64,000 nucleotides of DNA from Candidatus Fermentibacteraceae bacterium (GTDB taxonomy: Bacteria > Fermentibacterota > Fermentibacteria > Fermentibacterales > JCC-6): positions 128,001-192,000 of the forward strand of contig JBGSZS010000019.1 of NCBI GenBank assembly GCA_041750285.1, read 5' to 3'. Shown here one piece after another: positions 31,842 through 41,630 of this stretch (the first letter of the stretch is position 1; each line of letters opens with the position of its first letter). Under the pieces are notes generated by a model, which was given only the letters and a program-made list of their open reading frames with translations, had not been told where the DNA came from and made no database searches. The position numbers and the translations under genes were made by a program.

Positions 31842-32963
31842 ATGGGAAAAATTCTCTGCCTTCTCGGCATGGCCTTCATTGTGGGCGTTTCGTACGGCGA
31901 AAGCAACTGCCGTTACTTCTGGGTTTCCCGCGACGCGCTGGCTCACCCCGACTCCGTCGACAGGCTACTGCAAAGGGCCGAGGCAGCGGGAGCGAACGGG
32001 CTTCTCGTGCAGGTAGTGGGAAGGGGCGAGGCCTATTACCGGTCGGACATCCTTCCCCGTGCGTCCTATTCAGGTTACGACGACCCTCTGGCCTACATCA
32101 TAGCCCGGGCCAAACCCAGGGGGATGGAAGTGCACGCCTGGATCAACGCCTTTCTGGTGTGGTCCTCGCCCGTCGCGCCCTCCGACTCGGGTCACGTCTG
32201 GCACACCCATCCCGAGTGGTTCATGAGCCATGTCTCGGGAAGATCGACCCGTGACTTCAACGGAAGCGAGGCAGAGGCCGCCGGCATCGTCGGGGCAACC
32301 CTTTCCCCCGCTTTGCCCGGTGTGAGGGCGTTCATCGCCTCCATCGCACTCGAGATAGCCCTGAACTATCAGGTCGAGGGCATTCACCTCGATTACATAA
32401 GGTATCCGAACACTTCCTTCGGCTACGAACCGGTTGCCGTGTCGATGTTCTTCAATGAAACGGGCTTCCTGCCCGCCCAGTCTCCGGACCTGTGGGCGGC
32501 ATGGAGGGCCGACCAGGTGACCATGACCGTCGAAACGGTGAGGTTCCGCCTGAATTCCGCGGCGCCCTCGACCCTGCTTTCGTGCGCGGTCATGGCAGAT
32601 CCCGTCACGGCGTCATCCGAGTTCGCAAGCCCCTGGCGGGACTGGCTGGCTGGCGGCCTTGTTGATTTCGTGTGCCCGATGGCCTACACCAATGACAGCG
32701 GCAGGGCTCTCGAGCTTTCAAGGTCCACAACTGCCGCGCACTCCTCCGATGTGGTCTACGGGATAGGGGTTTTCAACCAGGGTGTTCCCGGGGCTCTCAC
32801 GGGCGCCTCCGAGGCCCTGGCCAGGGGTGCGGGGGGGGTCTGCGTCTACAGCCTCAACTCCCTTCCGTCCGGGGGGGAAGACGTCCTGCGGGAGTTCTGG
32901 GGAACCGGTTCACCGGTGCACGAGTACGGGCCGCACCTGTTTCACATGGTCGTGGCGCCTTGA
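31842..32963 (+). CDS. Glycoside hydrolase-like family 10 (GHL10/DUF187) protein, secreted
   Basis: VQVVGRGEAYY, GMEVHAWIN, HPEW, GIHLDYIRYP, PMAY; signal peptide from ATG 31842. Confidence 0.82.
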   Translation: MGKILCLLGMAFIVGVSYGESNCRYFWVSRDALAHPDSVDRLLQRAEAAGANGLLVQVVGRGEAYYRSDILPRASYSGYDDPLAYIIARAKPRGMEVHAWINAFLVWSSPVAPSDSGHVWHTHPEWFMSHVSGRSTRDFNGSEAEAAGIVGATLSPALPGVRAFIASIALEIALNYQVEGIHLDYIRYPNTSFGYEPVAVSMFFNETGFLPAQSPDLWAAWRADQVTMTVETVRFRLNSAAPSTLLSCAVMADPVTASSEFASPWRDWLAGGLVDFVCPMAYTNDSGRALELSRSTTAAHSSDVVYGIGVFNQGVPGALTGASEALARGAGGVCVYSLNSLPSGGEDVLREFWGTGSPVHEYGPHLFHMVVAP

Positions 32964-33742
32964 ACATTGGTGTGCTTTCCTCGGGATCGAGCGGCAATGC
33001 GCTCCTCGTGGAACACGAGGGACGGTCCATCTTCTTCGACGCCGGCCTCAGCGGTTGTGAACACCTGAAGCGCATGCAGCAGGCCGGGTTCGGAGCCCTC
33101 TGCCCCCTGGGTCTTTTTGTGAGCCACGAACACGGCGACCATTCCCGCGGTGCGGGAGTGCTTGCACGGAAGTGGAGGGTACCGGTCTTCTCCACGAAGG
33201 GAACGTTCTTCGGTTCGGGCTTCAACCGTCAAAAGCTGCCCGCGGGAGCCGAGAGGTTTGAAAACGGTGACACGATAGACCTTGGCCCCTTCAGGGTGGC
33301 GACGTTCCGGGTTTCCCACGACGCCTCGGACCCCACGGGTTTCGTTGTGGAAGCGGGTGGCGTACGGATCGGAATCGCAACGGACATGGGCGAGGCAGGG
33401 CCGCTCGTGCTTGCCATGCTTTCCTGCTGCGACGGGCTTGTCCTCGAGTTCAACCACGACCTTGAAATGCTGTGGGACGGGCCGTATCCATGGCCCCTGA
33501 AACAACGTATTTCGTCGGGTCTCGGCCACCTCAGCAACGATGACGCCGCAGCGCTGCTTGGAAGGATCGCGCACGGTGGCCTCAAGGTATGCGTCCTGGC
33601 CCATCTGAGCCAGGAGAACAACACACCCGAACTCGCGCTCGAAAGCGCCAGACGGGTAACCGGTGACAGGTTCGCTTTGGTCGCGGGCAGCAGGCATCAC
33701 GCTCTGCCCATGATACAGGTAGTGCAGGAGGTGTTTGTTTGA
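32960..33742 (+). CDS. MBL-fold metallo-hydrolase (YycJ/WalJ-like)
   Basis: SSGSSGN, DAG, SHEHGDH, SHDA, TDMG, LEFNHD, GHLSN, HLSQENN. Confidence 0.88.
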   Translation: MNIGVLSSGSSGNALLVEHEGRSIFFDAGLSGCEHLKRMQQAGFGALCPLGLFVSHEHGDHSRGAGVLARKWRVPVFSTKGTFFGSGFNRQKLPAGAERFENGDTIDLGPFRVATFRVSHDASDPTGFVVEAGGVRIGIATDMGEAGPLVLAMLSCCDGLVLEFNHDLEMLWDGPYPWPLKQRISSGLGHLSNDDAAALLGRIAHGGLKVCVLAHLSQENNTPELALESARRVTGDRFALVAGSRHHALPMIQVVQEVFV

Positions 33743-34266
33743 AGCATGCAATCCTCGCCGCCGTGCTGTTTGCGCTGGCGGCTTCCGCGGGAACCGCTGA
33801 CCTGTGCGCCGAGGTCGGCACGGGGTTCGCAATGGGAGGCTGGGGCGAAAGCTTCGGCCCGGGTTTCAACCTGGGTCTGGGTGCCGACTGGAGGCTGACC
33901 TCCAAACTCAGGACAGGCGCCGGGATCGATATCTCCTCCTTCTCCCACAGCCATAACGGAGACGCAACGCTTTTCATGCTGAGGCCATCCATCCGCACGG
34001 CCTTCTATTTCAACCCCCGCAGCCCGTCGTTCAACCCCGGCGTGGCTGCGGCATTCGGGATGTGCAGAACGGAGCTGGAGTCGGGCGGAGGGGCCGACGC
34101 CCCAACCTGGGACCCGTTCTGGAGGGCGGGAATAAGGTGGGACCTCAGCCTTGGCAGACCATGGCGCGCCAACCTCGGACTGGACCTTGAAAGCGTGATG
34201 GCCGCCGAGAAAACGGGAGACACGTTCAGGCTTTCGATAGCCGTTTCCAGGGAGGTGGAGCTGTGA
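33739..34266 (+). CDS. Putative outer-membrane beta-barrel protein
   Basis: Signal peptide and about 8 amphipathic beta strands; TTG start coupled to the upstream gene. Confidence 0.55.
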   Translation: MKHAILAAVLFALAASAGTADLCAEVGTGFAMGGWGESFGPGFNLGLGADWRLTSKLRTGAGIDISSFSHSHNGDATLFMLRPSIRTAFYFNPRSPSFNPGVAAAFGMCRTELESGGGADAPTWDPFWRAGIRWDLSLGRPWRANLGLDLESVMAAEKTGDTFRLSIAVSREVEL

Positions 34267-34910
34267 GAAGGCTTGCTCTGACGGCTGCCGGCCTTGCGCT
34301 CCTGCTCGCGGGGTGCGGGAGCAATCCGCTCTATTTCAGGCTCAGTGCCGACTACTACCCTGTTTCCATTACGGGCAGCATCTGGGAGTATTCGGTTGAA
34401 GGCGGCGGCACGCGGATAGTATCGGTCGTCGACCAGGTCATTGTGGACCAGCGACCCTGCTACAGACTGCAGTCCGGCGCCGGGTACGACTACTGGATAA
34501 ACGAGGACGGCCGTCTGGAACACTATGAAGACCGCACGGTCCTTTTCAACGGCTACGAAGTGCCGGTGTACCAGGCCTGGGTGACCTACCTCGAATGGCC
34601 GCTTGCCGACGGGATGACAAGACGGGATTCAGCGTCGGCCCAGGCCGTCAGCCAGGGCATCACCCTCAGCCACACCTGGACCCGGAACACCCTTGTGACA
34701 GGCCCCGAATCATCCCCTGACGGTACATGGGCCAACTGCTACAGGGTCCATCAGGAGGAGACGGTCATAAACTGGGTGCAGACCGCCGGGTACGATCCCG
34801 ACACAATCAGCTCCATCCGTGACATCTGGCTGGCGCCGGACGTGGGAATGGTTGCCAAGGTGACACCGGACAGCACCCTCATCCTTACGGCCTACACACC
34901 GGGGCAGTAG
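34263..34910 (+). CDS. Hypothetical lipoprotein (beta-sheet, DUF3108/TapB-like)
   Basis: Lipobox LLAGC; YYP...G..WEY and 'WLAPDVGMV' signature. Confidence 0.6.
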   Translation: MRRLALTAAGLALLLAGCGSNPLYFRLSADYYPVSITGSIWEYSVEGGGTRIVSVVDQVIVDQRPCYRLQSGAGYDYWINEDGRLEHYEDRTVLFNGYEVPVYQAWVTYLEWPLADGMTRRDSASAQAVSQGITLSHTWTRNTLVTGPESSPDGTWANCYRVHQEETVINWVQTAGYDPDTISSIRDIWLAPDVGMVAKVTPDSTLILTAYTPGQ

Positions 34911-34911
34911 C

Positions 34912-36234
34912 TTGAACCAGGGAGCGCTCTTCTCGCTTTTCTTCGGTCTTGTCTACTGCTACATCGCGCTGGCGCACAGGCACCGCGGTGTTGTCGTCTG
35001 GATCGGGGCCGCCCTGGCCGTTCTTGTCAGCACCAGGCTCGGCCACTCCGTTAACATCTCCGAACTCATGGCCGGCATTAACTGGAACGTCCTGCTGATC
35101 TTCGGCGGCATCCTCTTCATAGCCGAGGTGATGATCGACGTGGGCATCCCCGCCAACCTTGCCGGGCGGATCATAAACGGAAGCAGGAACTACGGCTGGG
35201 CCGCCGTTCTGATCTGCGCCCTGGCCAGCGTGCTCAGCATCTTCGTGGAGAATGTCGCCACGGTCATGATTGTTGCCCCCATTGCGTTCGAGGTCTGCAA
35301 GAAACATGGTGCCAACCCCGTTCCGCTCCTTGTGGGCATAGCCATCTCCAGCAATCTTCAGGGAACCGCCACGCTGGTGGGCGACCCGCCAAGCATGATC
35401 CTTGCCGCCAGCGAGAACATGGGCTTCAACGACTTTTTCTTCATGCTCGGCAAGCCGGGAATCTTCTTCGCCGTGCAGGCCGGTGCGCTGGCATCCTTCG
35501 GCATCCTGTGGAAGCACCTGGGCAGGAACAGGGATGCCGTACCCAGGGTCAGGGTGACCCCCGTGGTAAGCTGGATACCCGTCTACATCCTTGCAACCGT
35601 CATCGCCGGGCTTGCAGTCCTCAGCCTTTACGAAAGCGGGGTCGGGGCAGCGGCCGGTCTTCTCTGCGCCGGGGGCGGAGCACTGTCGGTGGCATGGTAC
35701 GGCATCTACAGAAGGGGAAGGTCCACTTCCGGTGCGATGGAGAGAACACCATGGAAGCTGATGAAGGCTTTCGACCTCGACACCCTCTTCCTTCTCGGGG
35801 GAATCTTCTTCATGGTGGCGGCGCTTGACGAGTACGGGGTCATGGATGCCACGGGAGCCTATCTGGCGGGAGTGGCCGGGGAAAGCCCCGTCATGGCCTA
35901 CCTTATGATCGTTGCGGGCAGCATGCTGATCAGCGCCTTTGTGGACAACGTTCCCTTCGTGACGGCCATGATCCCCGTCACGAGGGCTCTGGCCGTGAAC
36001 ATGGCAGGCTCCGGGGGCACCCATCACTACCTGGTCTTCGGGCTTCTCATCGGGAGCTGCCTTGGCGGCAACATCTCCCCGGTTGGCGCCAGCGCAAACA
36101 TCGTCGCCGTGTCTCTCCTCAGGAAGCAGGGGCACAAGGTCTCGTTCTGGGATTTCACAAGGATAGGCCTGCCGTTCACACTGGCAGCGACCGCTGCGGG
36201 AGCGTTTTTCATATGGATGTTCTGGCACCCCTGA
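34912..36234 (+). CDS. ArsB/NhaD/CitMHS (SLC13-like) anion permease
   Basis: Many TM helices; VENVATV, GTATLVGDPP, AFVDNVP, GGNISPVGASAN. Confidence 0.88.
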   Translation: MNQGALFSLFFGLVYCYIALAHRHRGVVVWIGAALAVLVSTRLGHSVNISELMAGINWNVLLIFGGILFIAEVMIDVGIPANLAGRIINGSRNYGWAAVLICALASVLSIFVENVATVMIVAPIAFEVCKKHGANPVPLLVGIAISSNLQGTATLVGDPPSMILAASENMGFNDFFFMLGKPGIFFAVQAGALASFGILWKHLGRNRDAVPRVRVTPVVSWIPVYILATVIAGLAVLSLYESGVGAAAGLLCAGGGALSVAWYGIYRRGRSTSGAMERTPWKLMKAFDLDTLFLLGGIFFMVAALDEYGVMDATGAYLAGVAGESPVMAYLMIVAGSMLISAFVDNVPFVTAMIPVTRALAVNMAGSGGTHHYLVFGLLIGSCLGGNISPVGASANIVAVSLLRKQGHKVSFWDFTRIGLPFTLAATAAGAFFIWMFWHP

Positions 36235-37223
36235 GCTTTTCCTGGCCGGGCGAGACACTGGTCACGAGGGTCAGACCCGTATCCGCGCCGGAAGAGGTCG
36301 ACTCCCGGGCGGCCATTCTTGTGATCGATTCACGGGTGGAGACCCTCTGGGGCGCAAGACTCCTCTGGAATACCCCCAGGGTAGTGATCCACGGCGGAGA
36401 GGAGTGCAAGACCCCCCAGAACCTGCAGAAACTCTGGAAAGCCTTTTCGGAAGAGGGTATAAACAGGGAGAGCACGGTCTGCGTCGCGGGAGGCGGTGCG
36501 GTGTGCGATCTGGGCGCCATGGCCGCCTCGACCTGGATGCGGGGGGTGCGGCTTGAGTTTGTTCCAACGACCCTTCTCTGCATGGTGGATGCGTGCCTGG
36601 GCGGGAAGACCGCCCTGAACGCCCACGGCGCGAAGAACCAGGTCGGCACCTTTCACCCGGCGGAAGACATCGTTGTCTGCACCGCCTTTCTTTCCACCCT
36701 TCCCGAACGGGAACTCCTGGCCGGCTTTTCCGAGGCCGTGAAAACGGCGGTGATAGGCGACCCCGGCATACCAGACTGCCTGAGGAGCCGCGATTTCGAC
36801 GGCGCTGTCTTCCGCTGTCTCTCCGTGAAGGGGGGCATCGTTCTCAGGGATCCCCACGACAGGGGGATCCGAAGGATCCTGAACCTCGGACACACGCTCG
36901 GACATGCGCTCGAGATGCTTCTGCCCCTTTCCCACGGCGAAGCGGTGGCTCTGGGCATGCCCGCAGCGGCCAGGATGGGCGGAAGCGAAGCATTCGCACG
37001 GGAGATCGCAGGTGTTCTCGCCTCATTCGGTCTGCCGGTTGTGCTGCCACGGCCGGTCTCTTCGGAGGAGGTCCTCTCCCTCATCCGCCGGGACAAGAAG
37101 ACAGGATGCGCGGGAAGAACCTGGGCAGTGCCGCGGGCATGGGGCGACTGCAGCCTTGTGTCCATTCCCCCTGAACGGGAGGAAGCGCTTCTCGAAGGGG
37201 CGCTGCGGGTGATCCGGCCGTGA
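36213..37223 (+). CDS. aroB: 3-dehydroquinate synthase
   Basis: GEECKT, GGGAVCD, PTTLLCMVDACLGGKT, KNQVGTFH, LNLGHTLGHALE, HGEAV. Confidence 0.9.
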   Translation: MDVLAPLSFSWPGETLVTRVRPVSAPEEVDSRAAILVIDSRVETLWGARLLWNTPRVVIHGGEECKTPQNLQKLWKAFSEEGINRESTVCVAGGGAVCDLGAMAASTWMRGVRLEFVPTTLLCMVDACLGGKTALNAHGAKNQVGTFHPAEDIVVCTAFLSTLPERELLAGFSEAVKTAVIGDPGIPDCLRSRDFDGAVFRCLSVKGGIVLRDPHDRGIRRILNLGHTLGHALEMLLPLSHGEAVALGMPAAARMGGSEAFAREIAGVLASFGLPVVLPRPVSSEEVLSLIRRDKKTGCAGRTWAVPRAWGDCSLVSIPPEREEALLEGALRVIRP

Positions 37224-37933
37224 AGGCAGCGAAGAAGGCGTCTTTCTGGGAACATCTCGAAGAGCTGAGAAGGCGGATCTTCATCATGCTGTCAGCCCTT
37301 GTGTTAACAACGGTGGTCGCTTTCACGTTCTCCGGACCGATAATGCGCATTGCCACCTCACCCGCGGGGGGGACGCTTCTGGCCCTCTCCCCCGCCGAGG
37401 CCGTGACCGCAAGCCTCAGGATCTCGCTGGTGGCGGGAGCGATCGCAGCGGCCCCGGTGGTCTTCATTCAGATCTGGGCTTTCATAGCGCCGGGGCTTTA
37501 CAGGAACGAAAAAAGGGCGTTCCTGACGGTTGTGGTGTCCTGTCTGCTTCTGTTCGCCGCGGGTGCCTCATTCGGATGGTTCGTCATGCTCAAACCAACC
37601 CTGATGCTCTTCAGAAGCTTTGAAACCGGCGTGATAGAAGGAACCTGGAGCGTCAGCGGCTACACGGGCTTTCTGGGAACTTTCATCCTGGTTTTCGGCG
37701 TGGCCTTTCAGCTTCCCCTTGCCATAATGATCCTGACCAGACTGGGGATCGTTTCGCCCGCAACCCTGGGGAAGTTCAGGAGGCACGCCATAGTGGCGAT
37801 CCTTATCATCGCCGCCATCCTCACACCACCCGACCCGGTCACCCAGGTCATCCTTGCCGTTCCACTGTACGTTCTGTTTGAGCTGAGCCTTCTGCTCGCC
37901 AGGCTGGCCGCGGGAAGAAAGTCCTTACCCTGA
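37220..37933 (+). CDS. tatC: Twin-arginine translocase subunit TatC
   Basis: HLEELRRR, FIAPGLY, FGVAFQLP, AAILTPPDP motifs. Confidence 0.95.
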   Translation: MKAAKKASFWEHLEELRRRIFIMLSALVLTTVVAFTFSGPIMRIATSPAGGTLLALSPAEAVTASLRISLVAGAIAAAPVVFIQIWAFIAPGLYRNEKRAFLTVVVSCLLLFAAGASFGWFVMLKPTLMLFRSFETGVIEGTWSVSGYTGFLGTFILVFGVAFQLPLAIMILTRLGIVSPATLGKFRRHAIVAILIIAAILTPPDPVTQVILAVPLYVLFELSLLLARLAAGRKSLP

Positions 37934-38800
37934 CCTTTCGGCGCCTGTCTTTCCGAGCCAGTAGCGGGCCGTTGCTTCAAGGGACACTGTCAGCGGTACT
38001 TCCGGGCTGAAGCCCAGGTGCTCCCTTGCCCTTCCGGTGTCGGCCCTGATCCAGGGAACGCCTGCGGGGCCGTCAAGGGTGATGACTTTCGGGGAGATGC
38101 CCATGGCTCCCGCAAGGATGTCGAGAATCTGGGCGCCCGTATGGCAGACGCCCGAACCCACGTTGATTACGGAAGGGGGGTCATGCGCCAGGGCTGCGGC
38201 CAGGAATGCGCGGGCGGCATCGTCTGCGTCAAGATAATCCCGTCCCGCATGCAGGGGGCCTGTGACAAGGGGTTCGGGCTCGATTCCCAGGGCTATCCCG
38301 GCAAGCTTTCTGGCTAGATCGGGAACCAGCATTCCTGGGAGCTGCCCCGGACCGGTAACGTTGAAGAGGCGCAGTACGACACCGCCTGAAAGTGCCCGTT
38401 CCCGGGAGAGCATGCTGCTGCCGTAGGCCGAAACGGGTGAGGTCGGGTGTTCTTCGTCGACTGTGCCGTCGGTGGTGCGGGGTGCCCCGTAGACGGCACA
38501 GGAGGATGCCAGTACGAATCTTCGCGTATCGGCCGCCCTGATGAGGTTTGCGGTTCCCTGCACGTTAACGCGCATGAGTTCGCCGGGGGATGCCGAGGCC
38601 AACCCCGCCAGGTGTATCACGGCATCGAAGTGAAGCCCTGAAAGCGCCTTCAGAAGGGCCTTGCCGTCGGTCATATCGCAGGGGATGTGTCTTCCCGGAA
38701 GATGCTTCACGTCCAGGGTTGTGATATCGTGTTCCGGTGCGGCCTTTCGGAGCACCGCGCCGCCAAGGAACCCGGCAGCCCCAGTGACGAGGATGTTCAA
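37925..38800 (-). CDS. NAD-dependent epimerase/dehydratase/reductase (extended SDR)
   Basis: TGAAGFLG, HLAG, NVQGT, SSCAVYG, RLFNVTGP; YxxxK is altered to YGSSM. Confidence 0.8.
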   Translation of the reverse strand: MNILVTGAAGFLGGAVLRKAAPEHDITTLDVKHLPGRHIPCDMTDGKALLKALSGLHFDAVIHLAGLASASPGELMRVNVQGTANLIRAADTRRFVLASSCAVYGAPRTTDGTVDEEHPTSPVSAYGSSMLSRERALSGGVVLRLFNVTGPGQLPGMLVPDLARKLAGIALGIEPEPLVTGPLHAGRDYLDADDAARAFLAAALAHDPPSVINVGSGVCHTGAQILDILAGAMGISPKVITLDGPAGVPWIRADTGRAREHLGFSPEVPLTVSLEATARYWLGKTGAERSG

Positions 38801-38802
38801 GC

Positions 38803-39519
38803 TCAGTCCCCCGGCATGTAGAGGGAAGCGTTCTCCTCGAACTCAGCCTGAGCCGCGGCGTAGTCTTCGGGGTTGCCGATGTCCAGCCAGCGGCAGTCCG
38901 GGGTTTCGCAACGGACGGTTTCCCCCCTGGCGAGCAGGGCGGTGACAAGTTCGGGAAAGTCCATGTGGACATTCCGCGGTATGTGTTCGAGGACCCGTCT
39001 GGACACACCGTAGATGCCCATGCTGACGTCGAAGGTGTACGAGGGTTTCTCGTTGTAGCCCGTGACCCTGTCGCCCTCGCGGGAAAGAACGCCGAGGTTC
39101 AGGCAGACCTTCCGGGTGTGGGCCGCCACGGAAAGGGCACACCCGCTGTCGACATGGTTCCTGAAGAAACCCGAGAAGTCCATGGTGGTGAAAAGGTCAC
39201 CATTGAGTACAAGGGCGTTCCCGGGGAAATCATCTATCAGGCTCAGGGGTGCTGCGGTTCCCAAAGGTTCTTCCTCCCTGATCCAGCAGAACTCCATGCC
39301 AACGCGCGTCAGGGGGTGCCCGTGAAAGTACGCCCTGAGGAGTTCGGACAGGTGCCCGGTCGCGAAGATCAGACGGCGGAAACCTGCGGCGTGAAGCTGT
39401 CTGACCAGTATCTCCACAACGGGAAAATCACCTATGGGGACAAGAGGTTTCGGGAAGAACGCCGTGTAGGGCGCCAGCCGGGTTCCCCTGCCGCCCGCGA
39501 GGATTACGGCAGTGTTCAT
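38803..39519 (-). CDS. Sugar-1-phosphate nucleotidyltransferase
   Basis: LAGGRGTRLAPYT...PKPL, EEEPLGTA, NGD, EKP, WLDIG. Confidence 0.88.
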   Translation of the reverse strand: MNTAVILAGGRGTRLAPYTAFFPKPLVPIGDFPVVEILVRQLHAAGFRRLIFATGHLSELLRAYFHGHPLTRVGMEFCWIREEEPLGTAAPLSLIDDFPGNALVLNGDLFTTMDFSGFFRNHVDSGCALSVAAHTRKVCLNLGVLSREGDRVTGYNEKPSYTFDVSMGIYGVSRRVLEHIPRNVHMDFPELVTALLARGETVRCETPDCRWLDIGNPEDYAAAQAEFEENASLYMPGD

Positions 39520-40496
39520 GTCATGTACCCCCGGAGAGGGTATAGATCGGGATGGTCCCCGATCCACTCCGCGGTGATACGAAGACCCTCCTCCAGCGAG
39601 ACCAGGGGTTTCCAGCCCGTGAGCCTCTCCGCAAGGGCCGCCGATGCCGCGAGACGCATGACCTCGCCTCCCCTGGGCCTTTTCCTCTCCTCGGTGGTGC
39701 GCACTTCGATGTCTTCACGGCCGAGAATCCGAAGGATGAGGCCGGCCAGGTCACTGATGGAGATCTCGAAGCCGGTGCCCAGCTGGACCACCCTTCCCAC
39801 GGCTTCAGGGCACTGGGAGAGGGCGACGAAGCCTGAAGCGGTGTCGGTCACGAAAAGGAAATCACGGGTGGTATTGGTGGAACCAAGCTCGATGCATGTT
39901 CCGCCCCGCAGGACCTGGGTGATTATGGTGGGCACGACCGCCCTCTGGGACTGCCCCGGCCCGTAGGTGTTGAACGGGCGGCACACTGTCACGGGAAGGT
40001 CGTAGGCACAGTGGTAGCTGATTGCGAGCTGATCGCCGGCGGTCTTTGATGCGGCGTATGGGGACTGGGCGTGCAGCGCGTGTTCTTCCGTGATGGGAAC
40101 GCTTCCCGCTGTTCCGTACACTTCGCTGGTGGAGGTGACCAGGACCCGGGCGCCCGTTTCCCGGGCGGCTTCCAGCACGTTCAGGGTTCCCCCGACGTTT
40201 ACCGAGACCACGTCTCCGGGGGACCTGAAGGAGTAGGGGATGCCTATCAGGGCCGCCAGATGGAAGATGGTGTCGCAGCCCTCGGCCGACTTCCTTACGG
40301 CGTCGGGGTCGCGTATGTCGCCGTAGAAATGGCTGACACCTTCCGAAAGGTGTTTCGGGAGGGTTGAGAGAAGCCCCGGCGAGGAGGTTGACGTGTAGCG
40401 GAGGAAACAGGCCGTCTCCACGCCCCGCTCAAGCAGTTGCCGCACCAGATGGTGCCCTATGAACCCTCCGGCACCGGTGACGAGAGCCTTTTTCAC
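39516..40496 (-). CDS. NDP-sugar 4,6-dehydratase (LegB-like extended SDR)
   Basis: GTG start; TGAGGFIG, HLAALIGIPYS, STSEVYG, QSPYAASK, RPFNTYGP. Confidence 0.85.
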   Translation of the reverse strand: MKKALVTGAGGFIGHHLVRQLLERGVETACFLRYTSTSSPGLLSTLPKHLSEGVSHFYGDIRDPDAVRKSAEGCDTIFHLAALIGIPYSFRSPGDVVSVNVGGTLNVLEAARETGARVLVTSTSEVYGTAGSVPITEEHALHAQSPYAASKTAGDQLAISYHCAYDLPVTVCRPFNTYGPGQSQRAVVPTIITQVLRGGTCIELGSTNTTRDFLFVTDTASGFVALSQCPEAVGRVVQLGTGFEISISDLAGLILRILGREDIEVRTTEERKRPRGGEVMRLAASAALAERLTGWKPLVSLEEGLRITAEWIGDHPDLYPLRGYMT

Positions 40497-41206
40497 GGGG
40501 TGACCCTCCTTTTCCTTCTTAAAAGGTAGACAAGCATCTCCCGGAGGATGTCGAGGATCACGGGCAGCCTGTCGAGGGAAGACATGCCGTACTGGCGCTG
40601 GTTGTACGCAAAACCGATCTCCCTGACGGGAATTCCGGCGCGCTTCAGTTCCGCCAGGAGTTCGGCATCGTAGAAGCAGCCGTTTGCCCTGAGGTCCAGT
40701 CTTTGAAGATGGGTTCGGGGGATTAGCTTCATGGAGAAGTTCACGTCCCTGACCCCCAGCCTGAAGACGAACTGCACCAGGGTGTTGTATACCTTGCTGA
40801 ACAGCTTGCGCTTGAAACTCTCCCTCTCGCCGACCCTGTATCCGACAAGGGCCTCGCGGGGATCGAGCATCGGGACCACCCTGGCGATCTCCTCCACGTC
40901 GAAGGGCTCGTCGCTGTCTATGTAAAGGATGAAGTCCTTCCTGGCGTTGGCGAAACCCAGCCGGATGGCGCTGCCGAGCCCCTCCCTGTTGATCTGGTGA
41001 ATGACCCGGACGGAGGGGTTGGAGTCGGCGAGCCTGTCCGCGATATCCCTCGTTAGGTCTGTGCTTCCGCTCTCCACGACAAGTATCTCGTAATCGCCGA
41101 AAGAATCCGAAAGGACCCTGTCCAGGCTCTTTACCGCGTTCTCGGCATTCTTTTCCTCGTTGTACATGGGGAGAACTACGGAAATGGAAACAGGGGAGGA
41201 TGACAC
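40493..41206 (-). CDS. Glycosyltransferase family 2 (DPM1-like)
   Basis: GGAGGG RBS + GTG; SVVLPMYNE, GSTD, GLGSAI, IDSD. Confidence 0.85.
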   Translation of the reverse strand: MSSSPVSISVVLPMYNEEKNAENAVKSLDRVLSDSFGDYEILVVESGSTDLTRDIADRLADSNPSVRVIHQINREGLGSAIRLGFANARKDFILYIDSDEPFDVEEIARVVPMLDPREALVGYRVGERESFKRKLFSKVYNTLVQFVFRLGVRDVNFSMKLIPRTHLQRLDLRANGCFYDAELLAELKRAGIPVREIGFAYNQRQYGMSSLDRLPVILDILREMLVYLLRRKRRVTP

Positions 41207-41325
41207 CGGGCTGCCCTCCGTGGTTGAAACGTGATGGTCCGTCACGAAAAACACAGGGATATATATACAAAGCCCCGGACGCCCCGCCCCCCGCGGGGCC
41301 AGGACGTTCGATCCCGCAGGCGAGC

Positions 41326-41354
41326 TTGACATGTAAACAAAAGTTCACCATTCT
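41326..41354 (+). promoter_or_regulatory. sigma70 promoter with LexA-box-like palindrome in the spacer
   Basis: TTGACA-N17-CATTCT; spacer contains GTAAAC-AAAA-GTTCAC (41333-41348), one mismatch from GAAC-N4-GTTC. Confidence 0.6.
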
Positions 41355-41366
41355 TTCGCCGGAAGG

Positions 41367-41630
41367 ATGGTGGAGAGGGTGCAGGAGCTTGGCGAACCCA
41401 TAGAGATGATTGGCCATTTCGCCGGGGGCAGGGTGTCTCCCTGCAGGTTCCGCTGGAAGGGCCGGGTGTACCGGGTCGCAAGGGTCTCATCCACCTGGGA
41501 GAGCCGTCGCGGCGGCATAATGAACCATCATTTCGTGGTCCGCACCTCCGCCGGCGACGTCTACGAGATAAGTTTCAACACCCACACCCTGGGCTGGACC
41601 GTCGACTATGCATACTCCCCCGGCGCCTGA
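41367..41630 (+). CDS. Small DUF6504-like protein
   Basis: P..FRWKGRVYRV..V...W......HFVV....YEI......W pattern; start may be GTG 41379. Confidence 0.65.
   Translation: MVERVQELGEPIEMIGHFAGGRVSPCRFRWKGRVYRVARVSSTWESRRGGIMNHHFVVRTSAGDVYEISFNTHTLGWTVDYAYSPGA

Noticed and set aside
41281..41320. GC hairpin plus GTTCGATCCC resembling a tRNA T-loop
   Set aside because: No T-stem pairing, no cloverleaf and no CCA end; not a tRNA or att remnant that I can support.
39516..41417. 633-aa ORF as a fused dehydratase
   Set aside because: The N-terminal extension is an alternative frame over the GT2 gene; the real start is GTG 40496 with a GGAGGG RBS.
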